This document shows positions 13,588-25,690 of a stretch of 64,000 nucleotides of DNA, one piece after another. The DNA lies in contig OX597820.1 of the NCBI GenBank assembly GCA_951406725.2, positions 48,298,001 to 48,362,000 on the forward strand. Direction: 5' to 3'. The stretch's first letter is position 1. The number at the start of each line of letters is the position of its first letter. Position numbers and translations under genes: made by a program. The DNA comes from Octopus vulgaris (taxonomy: Eukaryota). The notes below the pieces were generated by a model. It ran no database searches, was not told where the DNA came from, and saw only the letters and a list, made by a program, of their open reading frames with translations.

Positions 13588-13677
13588 TCTTCTTCTTCTT
13601 CTTCTTCTTCTTCTTCTTCTTCTTCTTCTTCTTCTTCTTCTTCTTCTTCTTCTTCTTCTTCTTCTTCTTCTTCTTCT
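13577..13677. repeat. (CTT)n microsatellite
   Basis: Direct reading. Confidence 0.97.
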
Positions 13678-13835
13678 CTACCAAGAATTCACAACGACCT
13701 CGAACCCACAAGTGTAAACAAGAGAGACAGAGAAAGGCAGAAACAAGAAAAATGCCACTTATATATGAACACTATACAAATATTCTTTTAATAAAACTTT
13801 TCTTTTAATTTTTCTAAATTTAATTATTTAATCGT

Positions 13836-13877
13836 TACAGTTGAAAAGGTCTCAAATGGCTGAAACCGGTACTGAAA
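13836..13877 (+). ncRNA. Degenerate type I hammerhead motif
   Basis: cag-TTGAAAA-GGTC-tcaaat-GGCT-GAAAC-CG-GTA-ctg. Helix I cag/ctg and palindromic helix III ACCGGT are present; the core CTGANGA carries two changes. Confidence 0.55.
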
Positions 13878-13962
13878 TGTTCTTTATAAAATTATTTTAG
13901 CATTTTCTATCTTGACTTGTTTTTTCATATATATATCAACTCGTGTGTTCTTTTTCATCCTT

Positions 13963-14054
<92 letters not shown>

Positions 14055-14239
14055 ATATGTATACGACAATCTATTAAATATATCCATAGAGGGTTATAGT
14101 TTCTATCCACGGAATGTCGAGTTAAGCGTCCAGTACATTTTCAATCTGATGCTATGCTAAAAATTTGAATTTATACTGTCACTATTATGTAGCATATTAT
14201 TGACAAACATATACGGTTCACTAGTTAGTGTACCACAGT

Positions 14240-14416
14240 GACAGCGAGCTGGCAGGAAACTTAGCGTCAGCAAATATCTTTCGATGTACCTTATCTATTA
14301 TGTTCTAACTTCAAATCCCACCAAGGTCAGCGTTTCGTTTTATAGTTCCGTTGTCGATAAAATAAAATGCCAATCTAGTACCGGGAGTCGATGCAAACTG
14401 CACAACCTCAAAACAG
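14240..14416 (+). mobile_element. SINE family B (diverged)
   Basis: gcgagctggcag...gttctaacttcaaatccc...gtcgataaaataa. Confidence 0.7.
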
Positions 14417-14622
14417 TTGGCTCATTCGTAAATGATAAAGATTTAATTGGTATACTAAACAATGGTTAATCGAATTTTCAAACTATTTTACAGTATGTTT
14501 CTCATAAAGTTGAGTTCCTCATTCTGAAAAAAAAATGAAAAGAAACTTACAATACAGAAAAACGTTTAACAAATCTGTCAGTTACAGCAGAGGGAGAGAA
14601 AATTGTTACAAATCTCTCTACG

Positions 14623-14704
<82 letters not shown>

Positions 14705-14758
14705 TGTATGTATGTATGTATGTATGTATGTATGTATGTATTTATGCATGTATGTATG

Positions 14759-14814
<56 letters not shown>

Positions 14815-15079
14815 AATTGAATTAGAGATATAACCACTATTAGGCAGATCAAACAGTGAAAAACATAAACCAAAGCATAAAAATAAAAATAATTAATATA
14901 ATATACAAAATATATAAAATCCAAAATTTTAAAATTTTAATTATTCAAATTTTTAAATATTAATTTATATTTAATTTTTTTTTAAAATTTGGCTCATTCG
15001 TAAATTCTAAAGATTCAATTGGTATACTAAACAATAGTTAATCGAATTTTCAAACTATTTTACAGTACGTTTCTCATAA

Positions 15080-15081
<2 letters not shown>
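14417..15081 (+). repeat. 93-bp direct repeat (14417-14509 and 14989-15081) around a TA/TATG microsatellite segment
   Basis: ttggctcattcgtaaat...ttctcataaag occurs twice with few mismatches. Confidence 0.9.
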
Positions 15082-15132
<51 letters not shown>

Positions 15133-15896
15133 ACATAGGGGTTGAAAAACTGCAATTAAGTCAAACTGTCCTTAGTTTTAGAAAGCAAAAATCTTACTCG
15201 CAGGAAGTTTAAAAACAAAAGTTAGCATGCAAGAGAAGATAACTCCATTAGAAATCAAGAAATTCAAAGGCTTTCAAAATAAGGTTAATGTATTTGAGAA
15301 TAGATATTGTCGCTTCACCCAACTGACACTTCCCAAATATGTTACATTCCTATATGTAATGATGATTAAGACAATTGAGGTAATATACTTCACGGATGAC
15401 AATGGATGACAAGATAACATTCTTACAGCATTGTCTTCATTTGCAAAGTAGAATTAGATATTTGATACTGAAGTTGTCCTTCGCTTTGAATTTCATTATA
15501 AACTATACTCGAGAGAGTTTTAGCCTTCTAATCTAAGATACTCCATGTTAATTTAAGTACTTTACATTTCAATAACTATCATATTCGAGACTCTAATTAT
15601 GTATATTTAGCCTGCTGAACGCCCCACATGATGTATATTTGTGATGATGTTTCATTGTACATAATTATATTGCGGCAGTTATTTGGTTCTCGTTATAGAA
15701 AATTGTGCGAGAAATAAAAAGCATAGTCGTCCTTGTATGGATATGAAGTCAGAATCTATATACTTCGCTCCAATCACATCAACATTAAATAGTTATAGAT
15801 TAAACGTTACGCACACACAATCATTAATTTTACTGTGTGGATTGACTAATGAAGCTTTTCAGATATACGTCCTTCTTCAAAGACAATATATACATA

Positions 15897-15930
<34 letters not shown>

Positions 15931-15948
15931 TATGTGTGTATATGTATA

Positions 15949-15987
<39 letters not shown>

Positions 15988-16977
15988 ACTCTCATACGGA
16001 AGTTAGCTCATTGCTTTGGTATCGAACCATTCGTAACAATAGTACAATGGTACTAGTTCAATAGTAATAATGATATTAGTAGCCATAATGATACAATTGA
16101 ATTAGCAAAATTACTGGATTATTCAATCAATACTGCTGTTTTATTGAATTATTTCCAATAGTATTATATGAAAAATCACACCGTATTTTTACTATGTTTT
16201 GAATATTTCAATCAGAGTTTAACAAGTATCTTTATTATCCATTGTTATGGCTTTTCCTAATTAAGCTAGAAGTGATTATTTTAAAGTATTATTAAGAGTG
16301 CTGAATGCAAATAGAGTCGATTTAGAATGTGAAAAGTGGACTTGAATGAAGAATGCGGTAATATTGCAAAGGATTGTTTCAGATGTATCATCATAACAAT
16401 CAACTTAGAAGGTAAATATTCAGCCTCATGTGATCTGATAGATAAAGCAGTCGATTGGCATTCAAATCTCAACTTAATCATAAAGTCTGAAATAAATAAG
16501 TACCACCATATTCGATAATATACTCCTCCACACACATATTGCTTGAATAAATAAAAGGGGTTATGGATAGAATGTTTATGATATTTGATCCCTCTCCAGC
16601 ATGATCATTGACCTGAGGTTAATCAACAATGCGCTAATAATATCAACGATGACAACGCTATCAAATTAACAACGTGAACGGTAACGGGTTGAATATAAAA
16701 ATCTATTCTTGAGGTAAAAGGAGACTAAACTTGTTAACAAATAGCCAAAGCCCTCGATGTTCATCTGAAATTTAAACGACATTGTTGAAACAAACAAAAT
16801 TTATTCATCTTGATTTGCATAATTCTGAAATGAAGTGTTTCGGAGTGGACAGTGTATTGAATTAAATATATATATCCTCATAAACAATTATTGAGAATTG
16901 TATCATTCAACATACAATATTTACATTTTACTCTTCTAATAAGTATCCTGTTTTGCAATTCAGATAAAATATTAATA

Positions 16978-17398
16978 TAGGCGTATGAGTGGCTGTGTGG
17001 TAAGTAGCTTGCTTACGAACCACATGGTTCCGGGTTCAGTTCCACTGCATAGCTCCTTCGGCAAGTGTCTACTACTATAGCCTTGAGCCGACCAAAACCT
17101 TGTGAGTGGATTTGGTAGACGGAAACTGAAAGAAGCCCGTCGTATATATGTAAGTATATATATATATGTATATGTATGTGTGTGTGTATATGTTTGTGTG
17201 TCTGTGTTTGTCCCTCCAACATCGCTTGACAACCGGTGCTGGTGTGTTTACGTCCCCGTACCTTAGCGGTTCGGCAAAGAGATCGATAGAATAAGCACTA
17301 GGCTTACAAAAGTATAAGTCCTGGGGTCGATTTTCTCGACTAAAAGGTGGTGCTCCAGCATGGCCACAGTCAAATGACTGAAACAAGTAAAAGAGTAA
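16978..17398 (+). mobile_element. tRNA-derived SINE family A, near full length
   Basis: A box tggctgtgtggt, B box ggttcagttcc, ggcaagtgtc core, internal TA/TG tract, ttagcggttcggcaaagagatcgatagaataag segment, 3' aaacaagtaaaagagt tail. Confidence 0.92.
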
Positions 17399-17609
17399 TA
17401 GTCCAACTACATTTATATGAACCGCTGTCATGGTATAATTCGTTAGTATGTATACACAATGAGTGTAAATAGGTACCATAACGATGGTCTTCACCTGTCT
17501 AAATAGATACCGCGTTCAAAGTGAATTACAGCATAGTAAAGAACAGCTCGTCATGTGGAACTGATAAATGATTTCTTTACAATCTTGAAAGCAAATCCGC
17601 TACTCAGCG

Positions 17610-17682
17610 AGTAGAATGACGCAGTGTAAGCGGACTGGGACTTATAATTCAGTGATCCGTAGATCGAAACCAAGATCTGCTA
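17610..17682 (+). pseudogene. Decayed tRNA-iMet
   Basis: agtagaatgacgcagtgtaagcggactgggacttataattcagtgatccgtagatcgaaaccaagatctgcta aligns end to end with 18782-18853; stems and anticodon are broken. Confidence 0.8.
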
Positions 17683-18220
17683 AGTGAATGCCCTAAAATA
17701 TTATTTTGATATCAAAATTCAAAATTATGTATTGTATACGGAAAGGTACACATTTTATACGTTACCACACAGGGTGAGCAAACAATACGACGACACTGTC
17801 AGTTTGCTGATTGAGATATACAGAAGTACTTCAACTAAACGCTTCAATTGGTTTCAATTATCCAGTCGTTAAGTGAGAGACTGTTAAGTGACAGGTAGAT
17901 TTACAAAGAATTAATCAGAGGTTAGAATCTCAATGATGAAATTTGACATGTGAAATTATTAAAAGTCATAACAGAACAATGATTTAGGTATAAGCAATGG
18001 TGTTATTAAATAAATCATCTACACAGGATGGTTTATGGTTTAGGTGGAAGGTTTGAAATTTTGATGGTAGAGTGTTACTCCATTACATCGGTACAACTAC
18101 TTGATTTTATTTTATCAACCCAAGCGAGGAAAGGCAAACCTGACTCTGGCTTAAAATGAAAATAGTGCACAACGACTCGAAAAAATTAACCCAATGCCAT
18201 TACATGTACTGTGCAGCTAA

Positions 18221-18647
18221 GGATCTTTTCGGTTTGAACGGCAGTTTTTAACATAATTTCTAGGTAACTAAAAAATTTTAAACTTCGTATACTGGTAGAA
18301 TGTGTTTATAAAACATCTTTTTCTCTTTGCTTTATTGAGAAAATTCTATAGTTTGTAAGATATTTGTTGTTTTTTTCTTCAATTTCTGCAATTTCAACCA
18401 CTCAATTACGTCCATTGAGGTAAAAATCATTCTGTGCCGTATGAATATTTCCCTCGTTTAAGAAACAGATTGGGTTTATTTACATTTCTGAAGAAAAAAA
18501 GATACCCTTCCCCCCACCCCTAACCCTAACTAACCCTAACTCTAAAACAGATTGAAATGCAATAGATCGATAATAGGGTCATAATTGTGGGTGACAATTT
18601 CATGTGTCACCGCTAGAAAAAAACTGCCGTTCAAACCGAAAAGATCC
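18221..18647. mobile_element. MITE with ~29-bp TIRs (GGATCTTTTCGGTTTGAACGGCAGTTTTT) and an 8-bp TSD GCAGCTAA; possibly Merlin-type
   Basis: Perfect TIRs; TSD at 18213-18220 and 18648-18655; internal CCCTAA repeats. Confidence 0.92.
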
Positions 18648-18781
18648 GCAGCTAATATTTTTCTTACATTTAACAGACTCCAATGCTTCGAAATAATGTA
18701 TAATGGATGATGCAATCGTGGCTGTGTAACTCGGAACACGAAATAAATGAATGTATAATAAATCGGCTTAAAAATTTACTG

Positions 18782-18853
18782 AGCAGAGTGGCGCAGTGGG
18801 AGCGTGCTGGGCCCATAACCCAGAGGTCCGTAGATCGAAACTACGCTCTGCTA
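18782..18853 (+). tRNA. tRNA-iMet: tRNA-iMet (CAT), initiator
   Basis: 72-nt cloverleaf with A1:U72, three G:C pairs in the anticodon stem, CAT anticodon and T-loop ATCGAAA. The nearest T4 run is at ~18884. Confidence 0.95.
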
Positions 18854-19640
18854 ATTACTTTCAATTATATAGATATACACTACTTTTGATAATTTTGATG
18901 GCCACTGAGTTACCTGTGAATATCTCCTGTTATATATAGGTAAAAAATTAAATTTATCGCTGACAACTGCTTCTCAATACCTATCTTAAATTTCATTACT
19001 AAAACGTGTGATACTTTATGCAAGCAACAGTTGTTTATGTATGTATATATATATTTTTCCCTCTCCACGATTTGTAGTCAGGACTAAAAAAGAATTTTTT
19101 CTATTCAACATAACTGACAACAGTATATGCTGCTATTTACCGCTAACGACTTGCTTATTAAGATATATGGGATACATATACTGTCATTGTTACCTTTCGT
19201 GGAGCGAACTCCATTACTGTGGTGCATATTAAAATAGTAAAACTATAAAATTATCCTAGTGTCACTTAAGTAATGATCTCTACTATCATTGTGTTATCAC
19301 ATTTGTTAAGTCTGATCTCTGCCATCATTGTGTTATCATATTTGTTAAATCTAATCTCTTTCATCACTTTCATACTTATTTAACAACAAACATTCGTCTC
19401 TTTCACTCCACTCCTTCTCATCTCTAACAAACTATTTATCGTTAGAATGTTTTCCATAGCTGAAATGAATGCATACAGCAAACATACACACATATGAATA
19501 TTTACGCGAAGAAATTATTCACCTATTCAATATAACTAGCGTTACACTACAATTATAGTACTACTATCTTTAATTGGAAACATTTCCACTGTTGAGATGT
19601 ATGTACATGCCACATATATGGACAAACATATGTGCTTGTT

Positions 19641-19713
<73 letters not shown>

Positions 19714-19714
<1 letters not shown>

Positions 19715-20132
19715 TAGTGGGGCCCGTTGAAATTCCACAAGAAAAAAGATTAAAAGAAGCTATTTAAGAACGAAAATATGATTTACGTTTTAATTCTTAT
19801 TTTGCTAAGTTATTTCACTTCCAGTCACAATAATATATTATTTGCTTTTAAAATTTCCCTCTGCTAAGCACTTTACATTTCCCACTTTCGCTGTATCTCT
19901 TCAACAAACTTTTGAACCGTATGCTTCCCCTCTTCCTGTCTTTAGCATTTCTGTCCTTCTCTTCACCTATCGCTTTCATTAACTACATGAGTGACAGCAT
20001 AATGCATCGGCTGGCTATCTTCTCTTTTACTCATCCTCAGAGTTCCTCTTCCTTTTTTTCACTCCGTCTCCTCCTCATCTCTAACAAACTAAAGCGTAAA
20101 GTGCGAACGATCAGGTAGAAGAATAATATAGA
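19714..20132 (-). mobile_element. Probable non-autonomous Helitron
   Basis: On the minus strand it starts TCTATAT and ends gtggaatttcaacggg-cccca-CTAG, next to (TA)n. Confidence 0.45.
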
Positions 20133-20294
20133 TTTAGTTCAATAAAAAAAAGTTTTCATCATCAACACCAACATCATTGCCACTATAGTCTTCAGCTACA
20201 AAGCTAATTTCATTTCATTTTAGTCCAGCCGTTTATTTATATATACTTCTTCTTGTTGTCGATGTATATCTAGTCAAACAATACAAACGCTATC

Positions 20295-20330
<36 letters not shown>

Positions 20331-20707
20331 TGTAATTGCCTCCCCTGTCCATCTCTCTTTATCTGTCTTTCTTTAACCGCACCACCAGAACATTACCCAC
20401 CGCTAAATATTGTATCCTAAACATATCTCTTTCTCTTTACCTCCAAACCCAACAGCATGTCGTTAACATTGCTTTCTCCCTCTTTTCTCTCACCATTTTT
20501 TTCTCTCGCTCTTCGCCTCTACCTTCAACTAACCACGTGACGCATTTGGCCTTCTTATACACCTTTCCCTACTTCTTCCTCACTTCTTTCTTCTCTATTC
20601 ATTCTCCTCCCCGTTCTCAATTTTACCCCCACCTCACACTCACTCCTCCGCCACCTCTCTAACTAAAGTATAAAGAATAAGCAGATTAATATACAGATAT
20701 TAGGAAT

Positions 20708-20852
20708 AAGGCGGCGATCTGGTAGAGTTATTAGTACCCCGGGTAAAATGCTTAGTAACATTTCGTCCGTCTTTACGTTCTGTGTTCAAATTCTACCGAG
20801 GTCGACATTGCAATTCATCCATTCGAAGTCAATAAAATAAGTACCAGTTGAA
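20708..20852 (+). mobile_element. SINE family B, 3'-truncated
   Basis: Head and Nin-like core match the other family B copies. Confidence 0.8.
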
Positions 20853-20949
20853 CAAAAAAAAAAAAGAAATTGCTGGCAATGTGCCAAAGTTTGATACCAA
20901 TATATGAATATATATATTTGGAATAAATAAATATATATGTCTAAGAGTA

Positions 20950-21119
20950 CAGGTATGGCTGCGTGGTAAGGAGCTTCCTCTTCAACCACATGGTTGCGGT
21001 TTCAGTGTCGCTGTGTGGCATCTTGGCCAAGTGTCTTCTACTATAGCCTCGGGCCGACCAAATCCTTGTGCGTAGATTTGGTAGACCGAAACTGAAAGAT
21101 TCCGTCTTATATATTTATA

Positions 21120-21210
<91 letters not shown>

Positions 21211-21420
21211 TTGTTTGTATCTGTGTATGTCCCGATTACCGCTTCGCAACCGGTGTTGGTGCGTTTATACCCCCGTAATTTATCAGTTCGAAAAAAGCAA
21301 CCGATAGAATAAGTACCAACCTTAAAAATAAGTCCTGCGGAGCGATTTGTTCGACTAAAAACGTTGAATTCATTGCTCCAGCATGACCGCAGTCAAAGTG
21401 ATTTAAACAAGCAAAGAGAT
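20950..21420 (+). mobile_element. SINE family A with an expanded internal (TG)n
   Basis: Matches 16978-17398. Confidence 0.88.
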
Positions 21421-21869
21421 AAAATTATATGTGTCTGTGTGTATTTGTGCGCTAGCGTTTTTCTGAGTGTGCGTGTCTGTGAGTGTTTATGTATGTGATT
21501 GTAGATATATTAATCTATATCTACGATTCTTCAAAAAGCTATTGCGGCTAAGTTAAAACCATGACATCTTTCCTAAATGTGAAAAAAGAAGAAACATAAA
21601 ATCATCCGTTCTACAGGGCCTTATTTACATTTGGAAATTTACGACTGATCTATAGATCGTTAGATTTATATCACAGAATAACAAAACTGTGGAATATTAT
21701 CTTTCATTAAAATAACGTTTAAAAATTATAGCTGGCATTTTGTAGTTTCACTTTAATACAATGCGAAACATAATGATAAAGGATGGGTTAATTCATGGTG
21801 AAACAGCAGCAATATAATCTAGAACAATCATTAACCTCATGTAACTTATAATGAAAGGAGCTACTGTTT

Positions 21870-21941
21870 AGCAGAGTGGCGCAGTGGTAGCGTGCTGGGC
21901 CCATAACCCAGAGGTCCGTAAATCGAAACTACGCTCTGCTA
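21870..21941 (+). tRNA. tRNA-iMet: tRNA-iMet (CAT) variant with a G53>A T-stem mismatch
   Basis: Identical to the other copies except D-loop AGTGGTA and CGTAA/CTACG; T6 terminator at 21949-21954. Confidence 0.85.
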
Positions 21942-22111
21942 TTGCACATTTTTTAAATATCTGCTAATCAACAGCTTCTTATTGATATACGCTCATACAA
22001 TGCATGTAGGGTTGCAAAAAGCAAAATATATTTTCACAGTGATCTAATAGTATTTGACATACCATTAGTTCATTTCACAAAAGGCTTTATTTATAGAACA
22101 ATAGTCTATTC

Positions 22112-22525
22112 GGATCTTTTCGGTTTGAACGGCAGTTTTTAACTTAATTTCTAGGTAACTGAAAAATTTTAAACTTCGTATACTGGTAGAATGTGTTTAT
22201 AAAACATCTTTTTCTCTTGGCTTTATTGAGAAAATTCTATAGTTTGTAAGATATTTGTTGTTGTTTTTTCTTCAATTTCTTCAATTTCAACCAATCACTG
22301 ACGTTTATTGAGTTAAAAAAACATTTTGTGCCGTATGAATATGTCCCTCGTTCAAGAAACAGATTGGGTGTATTTACATTTCTGAAGAAAAAAAAGATAC
22401 CCTTCTCCCCACCCCTAACCCTAAAACAGATTGAAATGCAATAGATCAATACTAGGGTCATAATTATGGGTGACAATTTCATATGACACTGCTAGAAAAA
22501 ACTGCCGTTCAAACCGAAAATATCC
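22112..22525. mobile_element. Second copy of the GGATC-TIR MITE, 8-bp TSD GTCTATTC
   Basis: TIRs present; TSD at 22104-22111 and 22526-22533; highly similar to 18221-18647. Confidence 0.92.
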
Positions 22526-23125
22526 GTCTATTCTACAAAGATTGTGATGAAGACGATTTGTTATCAGTACTGTAATTTAAAGAAAACATCATTTCGATAA
22601 AAATGACTCTGCTCTAAGCAGTATCAGTTATTTTGTGGGGCGTTTTAAGCAGGCGTAGAAAGCGATCTTTGTACAAACATCATTATTTTATTACTGAACT
22701 TTAGGATTATCGTAGCATTTAAGCAGATGAAGACGCATATCATGCGCCATGAACTACAACCATCAGGGTGAACAATTCTCCGAGTACTTTGGTACTTATT
22801 CAGAGGCTACCTATAACAATACTGTGATACCTTTTTTCATAGTTAGAATAGATTTCTATTGATGAAATATATCATAAATACAACGGCAGCACACACAACG
22901 ACCAATCCAGCTTTCAAGCCTTCATAACGCAGCAGCTAGCCATTCAACCAGCCTGTCAGCATACGAAGCAGGCAGGTTGGCAGGCAGACATGTAGGTAGG
23001 CAGTCACGTTGGCAGGCAGTCACGCAACCAGACAATCAATCAGCCATTCACCCACCAGGGCTGCAACGGCCGCCCGGCAGCAATCTAGTCAGCCTGCCAT
23101 ATTGGGAGATAGAATGGGATCTTCA

Positions 23126-24583
23126 TAGAATTATGGCAAATGATTTTGGCAAGCACCGTGTTTTTGCTATTTCATGTGAAATAACATGTGAATGTTAATA
23201 ATTTAATATTATTTTAACAGGTTATCAGTTATCCAATAACATTTGAAAAAAAAAACAACAAAAACTGTTAAAAACCAATGGATATTGAAAATAATCATTA
23301 GTTTGCGGAATTGGTTATATTTTCTATAATTGGAAATCACATTCCTCTTCGTGATTTCAAGTTGGGATTGCATGCAAACTAATAATTAATAACCAGAACA
23401 GTAAGTAAAGTTACGTACGATGTCATGAGCCTTTCATGACTGATTTTTACTTTTTCTCACAAAAACTTCAAATTTTCTTTTCTTTTATTGCAGGGATGTT
23501 ATTAGCACAAGAAAATCACCAGTCAATAATTTCTTTCCACCAAAATGGGCTAACAGCACAGGATATTGTTGCTAAAGGCATTGCACCTAAAAGAACTACG
23601 TACAGGATTATAAAACTTTCAAAGAGTAGGATCCATGACGGTGAAGAATTCCCCTAGTCGTCAACATCTTTCCTCTGACCGCCAGAATTTGGTGAGAAAT
23701 TCATTGAGGAATCAAACAGTTGGAATCAGCCGGTATCAGCGCTTCAGCTCGGACTGTTCGAAGACGACTTGTTGACAATGGTCTCACTTCACAGAGTGCT
23801 GCAAAGAAACATTTTTTGTCCATGAATAACGTGAAGGACAGGTTTTGCAGAAAATATAAAAATGAGTCTGGTGAACAATGGAAGAAAGCGATTTTTTTCT
23901 GATGAAGCAACATTTCAGAGGTTTGGGACATCTGGAAAAAGGCTCGTCAGAAGGCGACAAAGGGGAACTCTATGATGAGGCCTGTATCATACCCACGGTC
24001 AAGCATCCAGAAACCCTTCATGTGTGGAGTTGGATCAGAGTCAGCTTTGCCGAATAACACTTCTATAAATTCCACATGGTACTAAAATATCTTTGAAAAC
24101 CATCTGCTTGCAGCCATTGAGAGGCAGTTTGGCGAAGAAACTTGCATATTCTAACAAGATAGAATATCTCGCCACACTGCTAATAATTGTAAGAAATATC
24201 TTCGAGATAAACGTATTGAAATTTTGTGACACATTCTTAAAATCCGAGTTGACAGAGAAAAGCCAACAAATATTAAACAGTTGAAATCTCCTGTACAATA
24301 AAAATGGAGGTCTGTAAACATAAAACTGACTAAATCCTTGGTTTCCATCATGCCTAGACGAATCATGGACGTCTCGAAAAATAGGGATCGCCACTGCAAA
24401 TGCTGAGAGGAAGATGAATAACTGCGTATCACACCTTATTGTATATATGGTTCAAGTGTGCCATTATTCTTCGTTAATATGCTCGTGTATGCTTAAACAA
24501 ATCAACCTTTTGTCTTAGATAGGCATGTTTATATATATTTGGTGCAAAATAACGCTTTTGCCAAAATCATTGGCCACTACTGT
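23126..24583 (+). mobile_element. Decayed Tc1-family DNA transposon with a transposase pseudogene (~23495-24405)
   Basis: TIR remnants tggcaaatgattttggca / tgccaaaatcattggccactactgta; peptides SARTVRRRL, W.K.IFSDE and PTVKHP..LHVW; many stops and frameshifts. Confidence 0.88.
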
Positions 24584-24754
24584 AGGTCTGTCGAGCAAAT
24601 TTTCGCCCTGCTTCAGCTGGTGAGGTTAAGAGTTTGATGGTGAAAGGGATGGACCTTTACGTCACCATTACTCCCAGGTCCGGTCTCCGTAGGGTGCTTG
24701 TTAGCAAGGAAATACTGTAAAGTACGATTAGATGGATGAAGAAAAAGACGCATA

Positions 24755-24826
24755 TAGTACAACGAAATTTTGGTCTACAGAGATTATCGGTTATGGGCCA
24801 ACATAATTCCACTTTAGCATTCTGCT
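24755..24826 (-). pseudogene. Strongly decayed tRNA-iMet
   Basis: Minus strand agcagaatgctaaagtggaattatgttggcccataaccgataatctctgtagaccaaaatttcgttgtacta keeps the 5' end, the CCCATAACC loop and the length. Confidence 0.7.
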
Positions 24827-25614
24827 TAACATCAGATTAGTTCGCAGCATTTGATATTCGGTAGTGACATAATTTAAAACACACAAACACACACACTTAC
24901 ATACACACACACGCACACACACACGCACACACACATACACACACACAAACGCTCACACACATATATGATGACTGCTCCGTCTTCTAGGATATTTTCTGTC
25001 TCCTTGCATTTCTTTGTTATCAATACCATTTCTGATCATCCGTCCGTGACTCTTCAGATGACTATTCGCTCTCACTGCATACCTTTATGGTTTAAAGCAT
25101 AGGTGACAGACGAAAGTTCTCCAGCTGATTTCGTCCTTGTGATGGAAAAACTTAAAAACAGCGTTAGCCTATGACACATGCGGTCCATGTGTAGACTTTT
25201 AACTGTGCGCTTAAAACTGATTCGTTCTGCACACATTTCTACTCTTTCATCGCCACAAGAGTTTCCGTAGATGGAATGATAAATGAAGACATCATAGAAT
25301 CATAGAGACATCTGCACATCGTTGGACTGTGGTGATAAACGTTTGTGTACACCAGTACCACCCTCTGAAAGTCTGTGAATAGTTTATGCACAAACACACA
25401 CACACACACACATTGAACAGCATACACATATACAGACATTGTTGAAATAATAATAATCTAGAAACTGCGGAAGATATGAATTAAATCGCCATTTTTGTAT
25501 TTAATTTTGAACGGTAGAACTCGAATTAGACACTTAAGATATAAAGAGAATAACGTGCAAGTACTTAATCACAAAACCCTAAAATGGAAGAAAAAAACAT
25601 ACGCCCCAAAAATA

Positions 25615-25690
25615 AAGGTATGCGAGTGGGATTCGAATCTTGAATGGTCTAGTAAACATGGTGGACGCCCAACAATCACACCATAGGAAC
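25615..25690 (-). pseudogene. tRNA-like relic (A and B boxes), isotype undetermined
   Basis: Minus strand: tggtgtgattgtt ... gattcgaatccc followed by a T-rich run; stems do not fold well. Confidence 0.35.

Noticed and set aside
19274-19368. 39-bp tandem duplication (also a 26-bp duplication at ~8193-8244)
   Set aside because: Ordinary short slippage duplications with no further structure.
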